A stretch of 64,000 bases of DNA. Origin: an uncultured Acidobacteriota bacterium. GTDB lineage: Bacteria; Acidobacteriota; Terriglobia; Acidiferrales; UBA7541. Position numbers and translations under genes: made by a program. Position 1 is the first letter of the stretch. Every line of letters begins with the position of its first letter. Below are positions 43,582-53,481 of the stretch, piece by piece. A model generated the notes under the pieces. It searched no databases. It had not been told where the DNA came from and saw nothing but the letters and a program-made list of their open reading frames with translations. The stretch covers positions 44,561 to 108,560 of the forward strand of contig CAWEYA010000019.1 in assembly GCA_963813185.1 (NCBI GenBank), given 5' to 3'.

Positions 43582-46500
43582 TTATCTCCCGGCGCCAGCG
43601 GAGCCGCCGCCGGAAGGCGTCCGGCCCATCAGCGCGCGTTGCTCCTCGGGCGTCAATTCGAACATATAGCGCACCAGCAGGTTGGCATGGTCTCCCGAAT
43701 ATCCCTTAAAGCTGGCCGGCAGCGGGCCGGAGAAGACCCAGCGATCGCCGTCGCGCTTGAAGAGCCCGGAAGGCATGGCGGTTCCCGGAGCGATTAGAGC
43801 GGGATTGGTGATCCAGCGTTCGGTCCAGCCGGGCTGCAACCGTTCCTTGGCGAAAAGGAAATTCGGAGCGATGGCGTTTCTGTCGTGTCCCGGATCGCCC
43901 GTCGCGTGGCACTTGAGGCAGGGCGCGGCCGTGCTGGTGAACAGGTCGCGAGCCATTTCTTTTTCCGCCGTGGTAATCGGTTCGATCTTCTGCGGAATGT
44001 AGGGCTGCGGCTGGTTGGACATGGCCTGGAAGAACGACACCAGGGTGCGGATTTCGTCATCGGACAAGAAGAACGTCGGCATGCGCACTTGCAGATAAGA
44101 GCGGACGCCGTTGCGGTTCACGTCCGTGGTGCTCAGCGACGGGTTGGCCAGAAACGCCTTGAGCCAGTCGGGACTGACGCGCGCGCCTTCGCTTGTCAGC
44201 ACGGGCGGCAGGTTCTGCTTGCCTTCCGCCTGGTACTGCGGCAGGCCCATCAGCACCGAACGCTGGCCGATGCCGATCTGGTGGCAGCCGATGCAATTGT
44301 ATTTGGTGACCAGCCACCAGCCCTTTTGAATGGCGGCGCGCTGGTCGGCGGGTTTGTACATGTATTCCTGCGGCAGGGTCGGGTCGGTCGAGCCGAGGAG
44401 GAAAGTAGTTAGAGCGTCAATGTCCTCTTTGGTAACATTTGGCTTAGGCATGCGCAGCCGGTCCATGGGATCCGGTTTGTACTTGCCGCGATCGAAAATG
44501 GCGGGGTCCGAAAGCTTGGTATCGAAGAAGCCCTTCAAGTCATACCATTCGCCGCGGGGAGACTTCTTGCCATCGGGCTGGATGCCCAGCTTGGCGTCTT
44601 CGGTCAGCAGCGCGAAATCCAGGCGCTCGATGGGCTTGCTGCCTTCGTTGGTCAATTCCGTGCCGATGCGGCCTTCATCTTCGAGGCCGGAAATTTCATG
44701 GCAACCGGCGCAGCCGTAGTGCTGGATCAATTCCTTGCCGTGCTGCTTGAGGTCCGCGTTGTCCATGAAATCCGCGGGCGGGAAGGATGCGTCAGGGTGC
44801 TTTTGCGTCTCCAGATAGCTGGCGATGTCGCGCGCATCTTCCACCGTCAGGCGGAGGCTGGGCATAATTGTCATTTGCTGCACGACGAGTTCGTGGCCGT
44901 CGTTCGGGCTGCGCGAGTGGTCGAGGTCAAACACAAACGGCAAGTTGTGCCTGGCGTAATCTTCCGGGCCGAGATCCTTGTGTTCGAACGGGCTGTAGGG
45001 ACGCGTGCGCGTGCGGGGATTTAGAATCCAGCGGACGAGGTAATCGTAATTGTCTTTTTCTCCGACGCGCGAAAGGTTCGCGGCGAAATCTCCGCCGACC
45101 ATGTTCGCCCCCTCGCCGATCGAGTGGCAGGCCTCGCAGCCGCGCTCTTCAAAGAGCACTTTGCCGTTGGCCGCGTTGCCGGGGGCTTGCTTGGGTAGCT
45201 CGGGGCCGGTAATGGCCGACTGCCAGATGTACGCGGAAATCGCCTGAATCTCGTCGTCCTGCAGGCGGAACTGCGGCATCTTCGTGGTGGGCCGCCATTC
45301 ATGCGTGTTCTTCAACCAGTTCGGAATCCATTCCTTGTGGATCTTCATCCGGACTTCTTTGAGGTCCGGGCCAACTTTCTTGATTTCGCGGAGCAGGTTA
45401 CCGGAGCGCCGGTCGAGCTGTTCGATCTTGGCGTCCATCCCGGACATGGTGACGGTCAGGTTGGTGCCTTCCGTGTAATAGCGGTTTGCGGTCTCGTTGT
45501 CGGGAGCGGTGTCGCCCTTCTTGTTCAACTGGGCGATTTGCAAGCGATCGTCCACCTTTTGGTTTTCGAGCTGGGTGATGGCCTGGCGCGCGCTGACGAG
45601 TTCCTCGTCCTGATTATCGAAGCCTTGGAAGCGGTGGCAGCCAATGCAGCCCTTTTCCCGGTACAGTTGCTTGGCGCGGTTCAGGACAGGGGCGTGTTCG
45701 GTGACCATGTCGGAAGCGTGGCACTGCTGGCATCCGGCATTAAAATTTTCTTTATAGTAGAGCGGCCAGAGCCAGTGTTCGTAGCGGCCGTGCCCCTTCT
45801 CGACGGTGTCCAGGGCGCGCCCATTACCGCCGTGGCAGGGCGAGCAGCCGAATTTTTCCAGGGGATGATATTTCATCATGTCCGGATCGGGGTGGCTGGT
45901 GAACGGGGCGTCGTTGGTCTTCGCCAACCCAAGGTCGGCTTTGGTGAGCGTCATGGTGACGGGAACGATCAGCGGGTCCGTCCCGAGATGGCAGGATTGG
46001 CAGCGATCGACCAGGCCCGCGCCGCCAAGATTGTTGATGGAGGTTCCCGTGGGATTCACGTTGACCTGGCGGATGTGAATGTCCAGGCTCTTCATGCTCT
46101 GGCTCAGGGAAAATAAATCCTTGGAGGCCAGGCCGGGCAGCTGCTCCTTCACGTATTCGTTCAGCTTGTCCTGCGCGTCCTTGGCCGGCTGATCGACATC
46201 GCCGCGCTGGGCGACAAGTTTCGCCTTAGATTGCATAATCGAAACGAACAGGCCATTGAGCTTGTCGTAGTTAAATTTATCCTGTTCGATCTTGCCGCCT
46301 TCTACAGGCCAGGGCACGTCAAACGTCAGGGCTTTCGCGTCGTTCAGTTCCTTGAGCTTGGACGCTTTGCCGCTTTTGTCGTTCTCGCTGATTTGTTCCA
46401 GTTGATAGGTGAGGGAGCCGACCAGGCCGCGCGAAGTGGTGAAGGAGTCGGTCATAGCCGCGCGCTGGCGATCGAGCAAATCGATTTGCTGGCCGATTTC

Positions 46501-46797
46501 CTGATCCTTGGTCCGAGCGGCGTCGGTGGCGGCTTTTACGTCGGCCAGAAGTTTCAAGTATTCGGGCGTGGCGTAGAATTTCTGTTCGTCGGCCCTACGC
46601 TGCTTGTACTCCTTGTCCAGGTAATTGGAATACGCGCTGGAAAATTCGGCCTGGTACTTGCGCCACGGGCGCAGGCCGTAGAATTCATCGTAGAGCGACC
46701 AGGAAACGGTCAGCATCAGGACGAATACGGAAATCAAGACCAGCCCGGCCATCGGCCGGCTTGTAACCGGATCATCAGGAGGAAGCTGCTCAGGCAC
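43582..46797 (-). CDS. Membrane-anchored octahaem c-type cytochrome
   Basis: Eight CxxCH motifs (CQSCH, CSPCH, CQQCH, CIGCH, CEACH, CAGCH, CIGCH, CLKCH). N-terminal transmembrane helix. 1071 aa. Confidence 0.85.
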   Translation of the reverse strand: MPEQLPPDDPVTSRPMAGLVLISVFVLMLTVSWSLYDEFYGLRPWRKYQAEFSSAYSNYLDKEYKQRRADEQKFYATPEYLKLLADVKAATDAARTKDQEIGQQIDLLDRQRAAMTDSFTTSRGLVGSLTYQLEQISENDKSGKASKLKELNDAKALTFDVPWPVEGGKIEQDKFNYDKLNGLFVSIMQSKAKLVAQRGDVDQPAKDAQDKLNEYVKEQLPGLASKDLFSLSQSMKSLDIHIRQVNVNPTGTSINNLGGAGLVDRCQSCHLGTDPLIVPVTMTLTKADLGLAKTNDAPFTSHPDPDMMKYHPLEKFGCSPCHGGNGRALDTVEKGHGRYEHWLWPLYYKENFNAGCQQCHASDMVTEHAPVLNRAKQLYREKGCIGCHRFQGFDNQDEELVSARQAITQLENQKVDDRLQIAQLNKKGDTAPDNETANRYYTEGTNLTVTMSGMDAKIEQLDRRSGNLLREIKKVGPDLKEVRMKIHKEWIPNWLKNTHEWRPTTKMPQFRLQDDEIQAISAYIWQSAITGPELPKQAPGNAANGKVLFEERGCEACHSIGEGANMVGGDFAANLSRVGEKDNYDYLVRWILNPRTRTRPYSPFEHKDLGPEDYARHNLPFVFDLDHSRSPNDGHELVVQQMTIMPSLRLTVEDARDIASYLETQKHPDASFPPADFMDNADLKQHGKELIQHYGCAGCHEISGLEDEGRIGTELTNEGSKPIERLDFALLTEDAKLGIQPDGKKSPRGEWYDLKGFFDTKLSDPAIFDRGKYKPDPMDRLRMPKPNVTKEDIDALTTFLLGSTDPTLPQEYMYKPADQRAAIQKGWWLVTKYNCIGCHQIGIGQRSVLMGLPQYQAEGKQNLPPVLTSEGARVSPDWLKAFLANPSLSTTDVNRNGVRSYLQVRMPTFFLSDDEIRTLVSFFQAMSNQPQPYIPQKIEPITTAEKEMARDLFTSTAAPCLKCHATGDPGHDRNAIAPNFLFAKERLQPGWTERWITNPALIAPGTAMPSGLFKRDGDRWVFSGPLPASFKGYSGDHANLLVRYMFELTPEEQRALMGRTPSGGGSAGAGR

Positions 46798-46827
46798 CCC
46801 GTGCCTCCTTAATTTTATTCATGCTCA

Positions 46828-47811
46828 TCAGATACTGAACCACGGCGTCACCCACACGTACTTGATGCGCAGCAATAAGCGAAGCAGGATTTTCACCGGC
46901 AGGCTCAGCATCAGGATCAAAAACAGTTCCATGGTCATCATTTGCAAGAGCGTCATGCGCTTGAAAATCCTTTTGCTGAAATCCGTCAACAGCAACATGC
47001 GGTGCACCAGATATCCGGCGACAATGAAATAGAGCGCTAACGGGAAAATCCCGAAGATGATGCGCGCGAGAATCGGGGCGTAGCTGGCATTCGATGCCGG
47101 CATGAAGTGAACGATCCACGAACCGTTGATCCCGAAAATCTGATCGACGTTCCGGTTCACGGCGAACTCTACGCGCTGCGCGTCCCATGTTTGCCCTGGC
47201 CAGAACCACATCCAGCCAGGGCCTCGTATGAAGGTCCCTATTACAATCATTAAGACCCATAAACCAATGAAGCCAAAGAGGAACGTCCAAATCGCAAATT
47301 TCCGCTGTTTGTATGTGTAGTAGCCGTTCCCGAGAGGATTCGCGTCGATGTACGGCACGACCATCAGGCCGACGATGATGAGCGTCGGCATAATCACCCC
47401 GGCAATCCACGGATCAAAGTAGACGAGCATTTCCTGCAGACCCAGGAAATACCACGGGGCTTTTGCTGGATTCATCGTGACGTTTGGATTGGACGGTTCT
47501 TCAAGCGGCGCGCTCAGCGTGATGGACCACACCATGAGCAGCGCCGTGACCAGGACTGCCGCGACGAGTTCGACGCGCATCAGGTACGGCCAAGTGTGAA
47601 CTTCGCGCTCCCACTTCGGATTCCACGGCTCGGTCTTGCGGTATTCGGTTTTCGCGAGAGCCGGGTCGGCGGAGAGCTTGTCAATCAAGCGATCGTTCGC
47701 GAACGCCTGCCGGAACGCATACCAAACGTAAAACGGGACCAGGAATAGCAATGCCACAATCGGCACGTTATCCGGAGCGGATGCAACCTCCCATATCTGG
47801 TGCCAGTTCAT
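46828..47811 (-). CDS. Cytochrome b C-terminal (subunit IV/PetD-like) extended subunit
   Basis: PAKAPWYFLGLQEMLVYF motif, multiple transmembrane helices. Confidence 0.8.
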   Translation of the reverse strand: MNWHQIWEVASAPDNVPIVALLFLVPFYVWYAFRQAFANDRLIDKLSADPALAKTEYRKTEPWNPKWEREVHTWPYLMRVELVAAVLVTALLMVWSITLSAPLEEPSNPNVTMNPAKAPWYFLGLQEMLVYFDPWIAGVIMPTLIIVGLMVVPYIDANPLGNGYYTYKQRKFAIWTFLFGFIGLWVLMIVIGTFIRGPGWMWFWPGQTWDAQRVEFAVNRNVDQIFGINGSWIVHFMPASNASYAPILARIIFGIFPLALYFIVAGYLVHRMLLLTDFSKRIFKRMTLLQMMTMELFLILMLSLPVKILLRLLLRIKYVWVTPWFSI

Positions 47812-47849
47812 ATCGGCCTCAAACCCCGCCTGTTAGTTTGTCAAATCTT

Positions 47850-47923
47850 GTAGGACAGCCACTCTTGGCTGTCCCCGCGATATTGCCGCGGCGCCGGAGG
47901 ACAGCCAAGAGTGGCTGTCCTAC
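47850..47923. repeat. Type-B REPIN-like double hairpin (GTAGGACAGCC) between the two cytochrome b genes
   Basis: gtaggacagccactcttggctgtcc - ccgcgatattgccgcggcgccg - gaggacagccaagagtggctgtcctac; the arms are perfectly complementary. Confidence 0.9.
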
Positions 47924-47946
47924 TGAAACACGAAACTGCTTCCCTG

Positions 47947-48885
47947 CTATGCCATTCCGCTCGGCCGCAGGATGACCGGCCGGTGGCCCTTTTCTTCCTT
48001 GATTTCCGATTCCAGCATGATCGGCGCGGGTCCGGAGATTCCTCCGTCTTTGCGCACGCGCCAGAAATGCAACGCCATGAAGATGCTGGCGATCAGTGGG
48101 ATAGCGATGCAGTGCCAGATGTAGGCGCGCAGGAGCGCATTGGCATCCACAATCGATCCGCCGAGTAAGGCGAAGCGGACATCGTTGTAAGGCGTCATGC
48201 CGAGGAGCGCGCCGAACGGTCCTTCCGTTCCTAACAAAGGCGTGGCCCTGGCCATATTTGTTCCCACGGTCACCGCCCAGAAGCCCAATTGATCGTCGGG
48301 CAAGAGGTAGCCGGTGAAGGAAAGCAGCAGCGTCAACACCATCAAGAGGACGCCGATGCACCAGTTGAATTCGCGCGGGCGCTTGTAGGAACCGGTAAGA
48401 AAAACGCGGAACATGTGCAGCCACACGGCGATGATCATCAAGTGCGCGGCCCAGCGATGCATGTTGCGCAGCAGTTTGCCGAACGGTACGTCGTTCTCAA
48501 GATACAAAATATCGCGGAAGGCCTGCACCTTGCTCGGGTGGTAGTAGAACATCAGCAGCACGCCGGTAAAGGTGAGGACGATGAACAAATAAAAGGTGAT
48601 GCCGCCCATGCCCCACGTAAATTTGTATTTTACGGCGTCGCGATTGACCTTGGCGGGATGCAGGTGGAAGAAAACGTTGGACAGGACCGAGAGAGCGCGA
48701 TTGCGCGGCGTCTCATCGTGCTTGACGCGGAAAATGGACCGGAAAACCTGGGTCTTCTCGGGCTCTTTTAGCCCTTCGATCTCTTCCTTGCCCTTTTCCT
48801 TGATCGTATCCTTGAGATCTGTAATGTCCTGGCGGACACGGTCGAGCAACCCTGTGCCCTTTTTTTCGCCGTTTTCTTCGGCCAT
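47947..48885 (-). CDS. Cytochrome b N-terminal (b6/PetB-like) subunit
   Basis: RNMHRWAAHLMIIAVWLHMFRVFLTGSYKRPRE and FTGYLLPDDQLGFWA motifs. Start at the ATG at 48885, because the ORF-track start lies in the repeat. Confidence 0.85.
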   Translation of the reverse strand: MAEENGEKKGTGLLDRVRQDITDLKDTIKEKGKEEIEGLKEPEKTQVFRSIFRVKHDETPRNRALSVLSNVFFHLHPAKVNRDAVKYKFTWGMGGITFYLFIVLTFTGVLLMFYYHPSKVQAFRDILYLENDVPFGKLLRNMHRWAAHLMIIAVWLHMFRVFLTGSYKRPREFNWCIGVLLMVLTLLLSFTGYLLPDDQLGFWAVTVGTNMARATPLLGTEGPFGALLGMTPYNDVRFALLGGSIVDANALLRAYIWHCIAIPLIASIFMALHFWRVRKDGGISGPAPIMLESEIKEEKGHRPVILRPSGMA

Positions 48886-48898
48886 TCCTACGCCCCCA

Positions 48899-48993
48899 GT
48901 AGGACAGGCTTCAGCCTGTCGGTTTGACGAGGTGAGATCCAAAAACCAGACAGGCTGCCCTTCCCTGCGCTCAGGATAAAAAGCCTGTCCTAC
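48899..48993. repeat. Type-B REPIN-like double hairpin (GTAGGACAGGC) between the Rieske and cytochrome b genes
   Basis: gtaggacaggcttcagcctgtcggttt ... gacaggc-[tgcccttccctgcgctcaggataaaa]-agcctgtcctac. It touches the Rieske stop codon. Confidence 0.9.
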
Positions 48994-49595
48994 TACACCG
49001 GCAAATACGCCCCTGGATCGTTGAACTGATTGACTCCGGCGCGCGGGTCATCCATGAACAGCTTGCTCGTATCCACCACAATTTTTCCGGTCGGATCGAG
49101 AGCGATCTTGGCTCGGTCCATGGGCCGCGGCGCGGGCCCTTCAAAGTTGACGCCCTCGCTGTCGTAACCGCTGCCGTGGCAAGGACACTTGAATTTGTTT
49201 TCCGCGGGCTTCCATTCCGGAGTGCAGCCGAGGTGCGTGCAGCGCGCGAAAATCACGAAGATGCGGTCCGGCTCGCGAACCACCCAGGCCCGGTTGGTCA
49301 TGAGGAAGCGCTGGTCAATGCCGATGGAAAAATCCGCGGGGTAACCGATATTGAAAATGGTATTGGGTTCGTAGAGCGCGCGCGGGAAAAAAAACCGCAA
49401 GAACATCAGCAGGTTGATGCCCAGGTAGCCGTAAATCATCCCCCAAATGACGCGCCTCCGCATGGGATCCGGCGGGTCCGCGCTCTCTTTTGGTTTTGCC
49501 GCCGGCTTGGGTGCGGCTGGCGGTTTTGGTGCTGTTACTGCTGCGATTTTGGCTGCTGGGGGAGCCGCAGTACTTCCTTCTACAGGGTCGGCCAT
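48993..49595 (-). CDS. Rieske [2Fe-2S] subunit
   Basis: CTHLGC ... CPCHGS cluster-binding boxes and an N-terminal transmembrane helix. Confidence 0.9.
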   Translation of the reverse strand: MADPVEGSTAAPPAAKIAAVTAPKPPAAPKPAAKPKESADPPDPMRRRVIWGMIYGYLGINLLMFLRFFFPRALYEPNTIFNIGYPADFSIGIDQRFLMTNRAWVVREPDRIFVIFARCTHLGCTPEWKPAENKFKCPCHGSGYDSEGVNFEGPAPRPMDRAKIALDPTGKIVVDTSKLFMDDPRAGVNQFNDPGAYLPV

Positions 49596-49847
49596 ATTTC
49601 CGCTATCAGACCTCTCGATACTAGTTATAAATCGAGACTATGGATGAACCAAGTTCTTTGCAACAGTTTTTCGATACAACTTCTTATATTTCCGCAACAC
49701 CCTTCCTGTCAAGGCGAAATCCGGTTTTTGGTGTTTTTTGTGGCCGTGGTTCTTTTTTTGGACCGCGCGGTGAATTCTGGATGGGAGGCGAGCCGGCACC
49801 CCGCGCATTTGTCTGCGCCGCGCCCATCCATGCCGAAAATTGTTTAA

Positions 49848-49944
49848 CACAGAGGGCACAGAGAACGCAGAGATAGGAAGAGAACACCAGTCAAGAAAAT
49901 GCCGTCTCCTTTCGTTTCACTGTGCCCCTCTGTGTTCTCTGTGG
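49848..49944. repeat. Inverted pair of CACAGAG / CTCTGTG arrays
   Basis: cacagagggcacagagaacgcagagatagg ... ttcactgtgcccctctgtgttctctgtgg. Confidence 0.8.
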
Positions 49945-49981
49945 TGAAAACTTTTGAATTTGGTTTGCGGGTTTGCGCGTC

Positions 49982-50965
49982 CTACCTGGCGGTATCGCTC
50001 AAAGAACGGAGGACGACGTCAGCGAGGGCGGAAATAAATGTGGGCGAATCGCCGACGGCTGGCATCATTTCAAATTGCTCTATGCCCAGCTTGTGGGCCT
50101 GCTCGCGGGCTTCGATATTGATTTCGTGCAGGGTCTCGATGTGCTCGGTGACGAAGGCGATGGGCACGATGAGGAGATTTTTTTCGCCCGCGCGGGCTAG
50201 CTGGTCAATCGTGTCCGTGAGCGATGGCGAAAGCCATTTGCGGCGGCCGACCTTGCTCTGAAAGCACAGCGTGTGCGCGTTTTTCCAGGCGCCGCATTGC
50301 ATCACGAGTTTCACCGTGTCGGCCACCTGGCGCGCGTAGGGGTCGCCGCGCTCGATCAGGCTGAGCGGCAATCCGTGGGCGCTGAAGACAATGTGCGCGC
50401 TGTCCGGCTGGTCAAAGTGCGTGAGCGTGAGAGCGATTTTTTCCGCGATTGACTGGACATACAAAGGGTGGTCGAAAAATGTCTCCACGGTGTGCGCCCG
50501 CGGCCCGTTGCCGTTGGGGTGAAACACGCGTTTCCATTCCTTGAGGCTGCTTGACGTGGTCGCAAACGAAAATTGCGGATACATCGGCAGCAGCACGACT
50601 TCGGGCGCGTTCCAGGCGCTCACTTGCGCGGCTGCCTCCGCGGAGAGCGGGTGCCAGTAGCGCATGGCGATAAAACACCTGGCGTCGCAATGCGGGGCAA
50701 GAGCAGATTCGAGGGCGCGCGCCTGGCGTTCGGTGAGCAGGCGGATCGGCGAGTGGCCTCCGATGGCGTCATAGTGCTCGCGGACCACGCCCGCGCGGTT
50801 GCGAGCGATATAGCGCGCGAGAGGGCGGCGCGCAAACCAGGCCCCGAAAAAATCGATGATGTCGGGATCGCAAAACAGGTTGTAGAGGAAGGGCTCCACG
50901 GCGTCCGGAGAATCCGGTCCGCCCAATTGAAACATTACGACGCTGACTTTTTTCTTTTCGCTCAC
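49982..50965 (-). CDS. hemH: Ferrochelatase
   Basis: 327 aa. VVMFQLGGPD, FSAHGLP and AFVTEHIETL patterns. Confidence 0.9.
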   Translation of the reverse strand: MSEKKKVSVVMFQLGGPDSPDAVEPFLYNLFCDPDIIDFFGAWFARRPLARYIARNRAGVVREHYDAIGGHSPIRLLTERQARALESALAPHCDARCFIAMRYWHPLSAEAAAQVSAWNAPEVVLLPMYPQFSFATTSSSLKEWKRVFHPNGNGPRAHTVETFFDHPLYVQSIAEKIALTLTHFDQPDSAHIVFSAHGLPLSLIERGDPYARQVADTVKLVMQCGAWKNAHTLCFQSKVGRRKWLSPSLTDTIDQLARAGEKNLLIVPIAFVTEHIETLHEINIEAREQAHKLGIEQFEMMPAVGDSPTFISALADVVLRSLSDTAR

Positions 50966-50998
50966 TTAGTTTGGCCGCGCCCCTCGCCGTGGAATTCT

Positions 50999-51133
50999 TT
51001 ATTTGCCATCTTGTTTCAGGCGGCGAATATCGTCCTTCAGATTGGCCATACGCCGCGCTACAGACAAAACGTATCCGCAAAACACGAGCCAGATGGCGAT
51101 GTATGCCGCCGCCAGAAAATTCAAATTCTTCAT
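50999..51133 (-). CDS. CcmD-like small membrane protein (below the ORF-track cutoff)
   Basis: My own translation: MKNLNFLAAAYIAIWLVFCGYVLSVARRMANLKDDIRRLKQDGK (44 aa). GGAG about 8 nt upstream. Lies next to ccmC. Confidence 0.55.
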   Translation of the reverse strand: MKNLNFLAAAYIAIWLVFCGYVLSVARRMANLKDDIRRLKQDGK

Positions 51134-51206
51134 TAATCTTCTCCCCACAATGAATTGCTGAATCTGTGGATACTTTCAATCATGCGGCCGTCCGGCGTGA
51201 TTACAG

Positions 51207-51290
51207 AACCCCCCCACTGAAGAGGCGGGCTACTGCAATACTCCAATCGTCGCGCGTGCCGTAGCACGGGCTTTCAGACCCGGGGATTTT
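51207..51290. repeat. Two type-C arms facing outward (CTAC, 27 nt, GTAG)
   Basis: aacccccccactgaagaggcgggctac ... gtagcacgggctttcagacccggggatttt. Confidence 0.7.
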
Positions 51291-51299
51291 CTGTCCCGG

Positions 51300-52013
51300 T
51301 CACCGGCCGCTTCGTGCTCCCTCCATGCGATACGCATCCACTTCGGCGCGCAGCGCTTCCAGGCGGTAGCGCAAACGAATCAGCACGGTCATCACCCCGA
51401 GCATCGCCGCCCAAGTCAAGAGCAGCACCCAACCCATGCGGGCGTCGAGCGATCCACCGTCGCCGATTACGGGCTGCGGGTGCTGCGTGCGAAACCACCA
51501 GATGGAGAAATACACCAGGGGAATGTCCAGAGCGGCGAAAATTCCAAAGACGGCCGAAACCAGGGCGCGGCGTTCGGGCTCTTCGACCAGAGTGCGCAGC
51601 ACGAGATAGCTTACGAACAACACCCACAACAAAAAGGAAGACGTCAGGCGCGCGTCCCAGGTCCACCAGATTCCCCACACTGGCTTGGCCCAGATGGGGC
51701 CGGTCACCAGCACAATCGTAAAAAACGCCACGCCCACTTCCGCGGAGGCCACGCTGAGCCAATCCCACTTCAGCTTGCGCGTGCGCAGGTAGGCGATGCT
51801 GCCAATGAAGACCAGAATAAAAGAGACGAAGCCGGACCACGCGCTGGACACATGAAAATAAAATATGCGCTGGACAAGGCCCATGGTGTTTTCCGTGGGA
51901 GCCCAGATCAGCGCTCCGTAGCTCGCAGCGGCCAGCAGGAGAAAAACGAGCAGGATCGACGGCACGGAAATCACCGCGCGCGTCGCCGTCTCGGGTTGCG
52001 CTTCGGTCGCCAT
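51300..52013 (-). CDS. ccmC: Haem exporter CcmC
   Basis: WGIWWTWDARL tryptophan-rich motif, six transmembrane helices. Confidence 0.9.
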   Translation of the reverse strand: MATEAQPETATRAVISVPSILLVFLLLAAASYGALIWAPTENTMGLVQRIFYFHVSSAWSGFVSFILVFIGSIAYLRTRKLKWDWLSVASAEVGVAFFTIVLVTGPIWAKPVWGIWWTWDARLTSSFLLWVLFVSYLVLRTLVEEPERRALVSAVFGIFAALDIPLVYFSIWWFRTQHPQPVIGDGGSLDARMGWVLLLTWAAMLGVMTVLIRLRYRLEALRAEVDAYRMEGARSGR

Positions 52014-52014
52014 T

Positions 52015-52689
52015 TCACTCCTCCAACAAATATTCGCCGACCATCCAGGCCGCCGTCAAAAATACCACGTCAAAGCATGCCAGAAACGTCAACCATACCA
52101 GGGACAATTCGGAAGGGTCGCGCAGGACTCCGATGGTCGCCTCCGTGCTGGCGATCAGCACCGGGGCCAGCACCGGGAGGAGCAAGAGCGGAAGAAGCAA
52201 TTCGCGTAGGCGCGCCTGCGCGGCGACCGCGGAAAATACCGTGCCTGTGGCGGCCAGTCCAATCGTGCCGAGGGCGAGGACGAGGAGAAGCGGCCCGAGG
52301 ACTGGGAGGATCGCGACGTTGTAGAGCACCGCGAACACGGGCAGCAAGATGACTTCGACAAGGAGCAGGAAGAGAAAATTGGCGGCCATTTTTCCCGCGA
52401 GGATGCTGAAGGGATCGATGGGCGCGAGGCGCAGCGCGGCCAGCGTGTCATTCGTCTGCTCCCGCAAAAAGGAAGACTGCAACATCAGCGAACCGGCAAA
52501 TAAAAATGCCAGCCACAATAGTCCGGGTCCAAAGCGGCGCGATTCGGAGGAAGTCGGATTGAATGTAAAGCTGAACAGTACGATCACGATCAGAACGAAA
52601 ACAACGGTTGTGCCCAGCAATTCCCGCGAACGGAACTCGGTCCGTAGTTCCTTGGCGAGAATCACGCCGGTGGCGCGCGCCAGTGTCAT
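52015..52689 (-). CDS. ccmB: Haem exporter CcmB
   Basis: 224-aa polytopic protein between ccmA and ccmC; 4-nt overlap with ccmA. Confidence 0.8.
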   Translation of the reverse strand: MTLARATGVILAKELRTEFRSRELLGTTVVFVLIVIVLFSFTFNPTSSESRRFGPGLLWLAFLFAGSLMLQSSFLREQTNDTLAALRLAPIDPFSILAGKMAANFLFLLLVEVILLPVFAVLYNVAILPVLGPLLLVLALGTIGLAATGTVFSAVAAQARLRELLLPLLLLPVLAPVLIASTEATIGVLRDPSELSLVWLTFLACFDVVFLTAAWMVGEYLLEE

Positions 52690-53399
52690 GGGGCGCTCTC
52701 TTCCCCGCCGTCGCGGACAGCGGCCATGACCAGAATTTCATTTGGATTGCCGCCGGCACCGGAGTCATGCGTAATTTTTCCGCCGTCCAGGCGGATCGCG
52801 CGCGTGACCGCGCCCTGCGTCTCATTTCGCCCGTGCGTGCTCATCAGAATCGTGCAGCCCGAATCGCGCAGCCGCTGGATGGTCGCTGCGAGCCAATGCT
52901 GGCCTTCGGGGTCGAGGCCGGTGCCCGCTTCATCGAGGAGAAGCAATCCGGGCGAGGCGAGCAGAGCGCGGGCAATCGAGAGGCGCTGGCGCATGCCGCG
53001 TGAAAATGTGCGCACCAGGTCCGTGGCGCGGCCGGTAAGGCCGACCGGCTGCAGCGCTTGCCGGGCTTTTTCGGCGGGATTTTCCAAGCCGAACAATTTT
53101 GCGAAGAAGATGAGATTTTCCTCGGCGCTCAACTCTTCGTAGAGCAGCGTGTGATGCCCGACCATTCCGATCCGGCTCTTCACTTCTTCGAGTGAAATCG
53201 GATTTTCTCCTGAGTCGAATGTGATTTTCCCGCGCGAAGGCCGCGTCAGCTGCGCCGCAATCTTGAGCAGCGTGGTTTTGCCCGATCCGTTGTGGCCCAC
53301 AAGGGCAACGCATTCGCCGGCGGCAATCTCAAGCGAGATGCCCCGCAGCGCCAGGCGCATCCCGTAACGCTTTTCGACTTCGCTGAATTGGATACTCAA
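52686..53399 (-). CDS. ccmA: Haem exporter ATPase CcmA
   Basis: Walker A GHNGSGKTT, signature FSRGMRQRL, Walker B LLLLDEA. Start set to TTG 53399 (LSIQFSEVEKRYG); the longer ORF-track N-terminus looks non-coding. Confidence 0.85.
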   Translation of the reverse strand: MSIQFSEVEKRYGMRLALRGISLEIAAGECVALVGHNGSGKTTLLKIAAQLTRPSRGKITFDSGENPISLEEVKSRIGMVGHHTLLYEELSAEENLIFFAKLFGLENPAEKARQALQPVGLTGRATDLVRTFSRGMRQRLSIARALLASPGLLLLDEAGTGLDPEGQHWLAATIQRLRDSGCTILMSTHGRNETQGAVTRAIRLDGGKITHDSGAGGNPNEILVMAAVRDGGEESAP

Positions 53400-53481
53400 T
53401 CCAGGGGGTGGGCCACCACGGGCGCCTTCGCCTGTGCCGCCATTCGGGGAAGATGCATGCGGTGTGGACACGCGCGACGGC

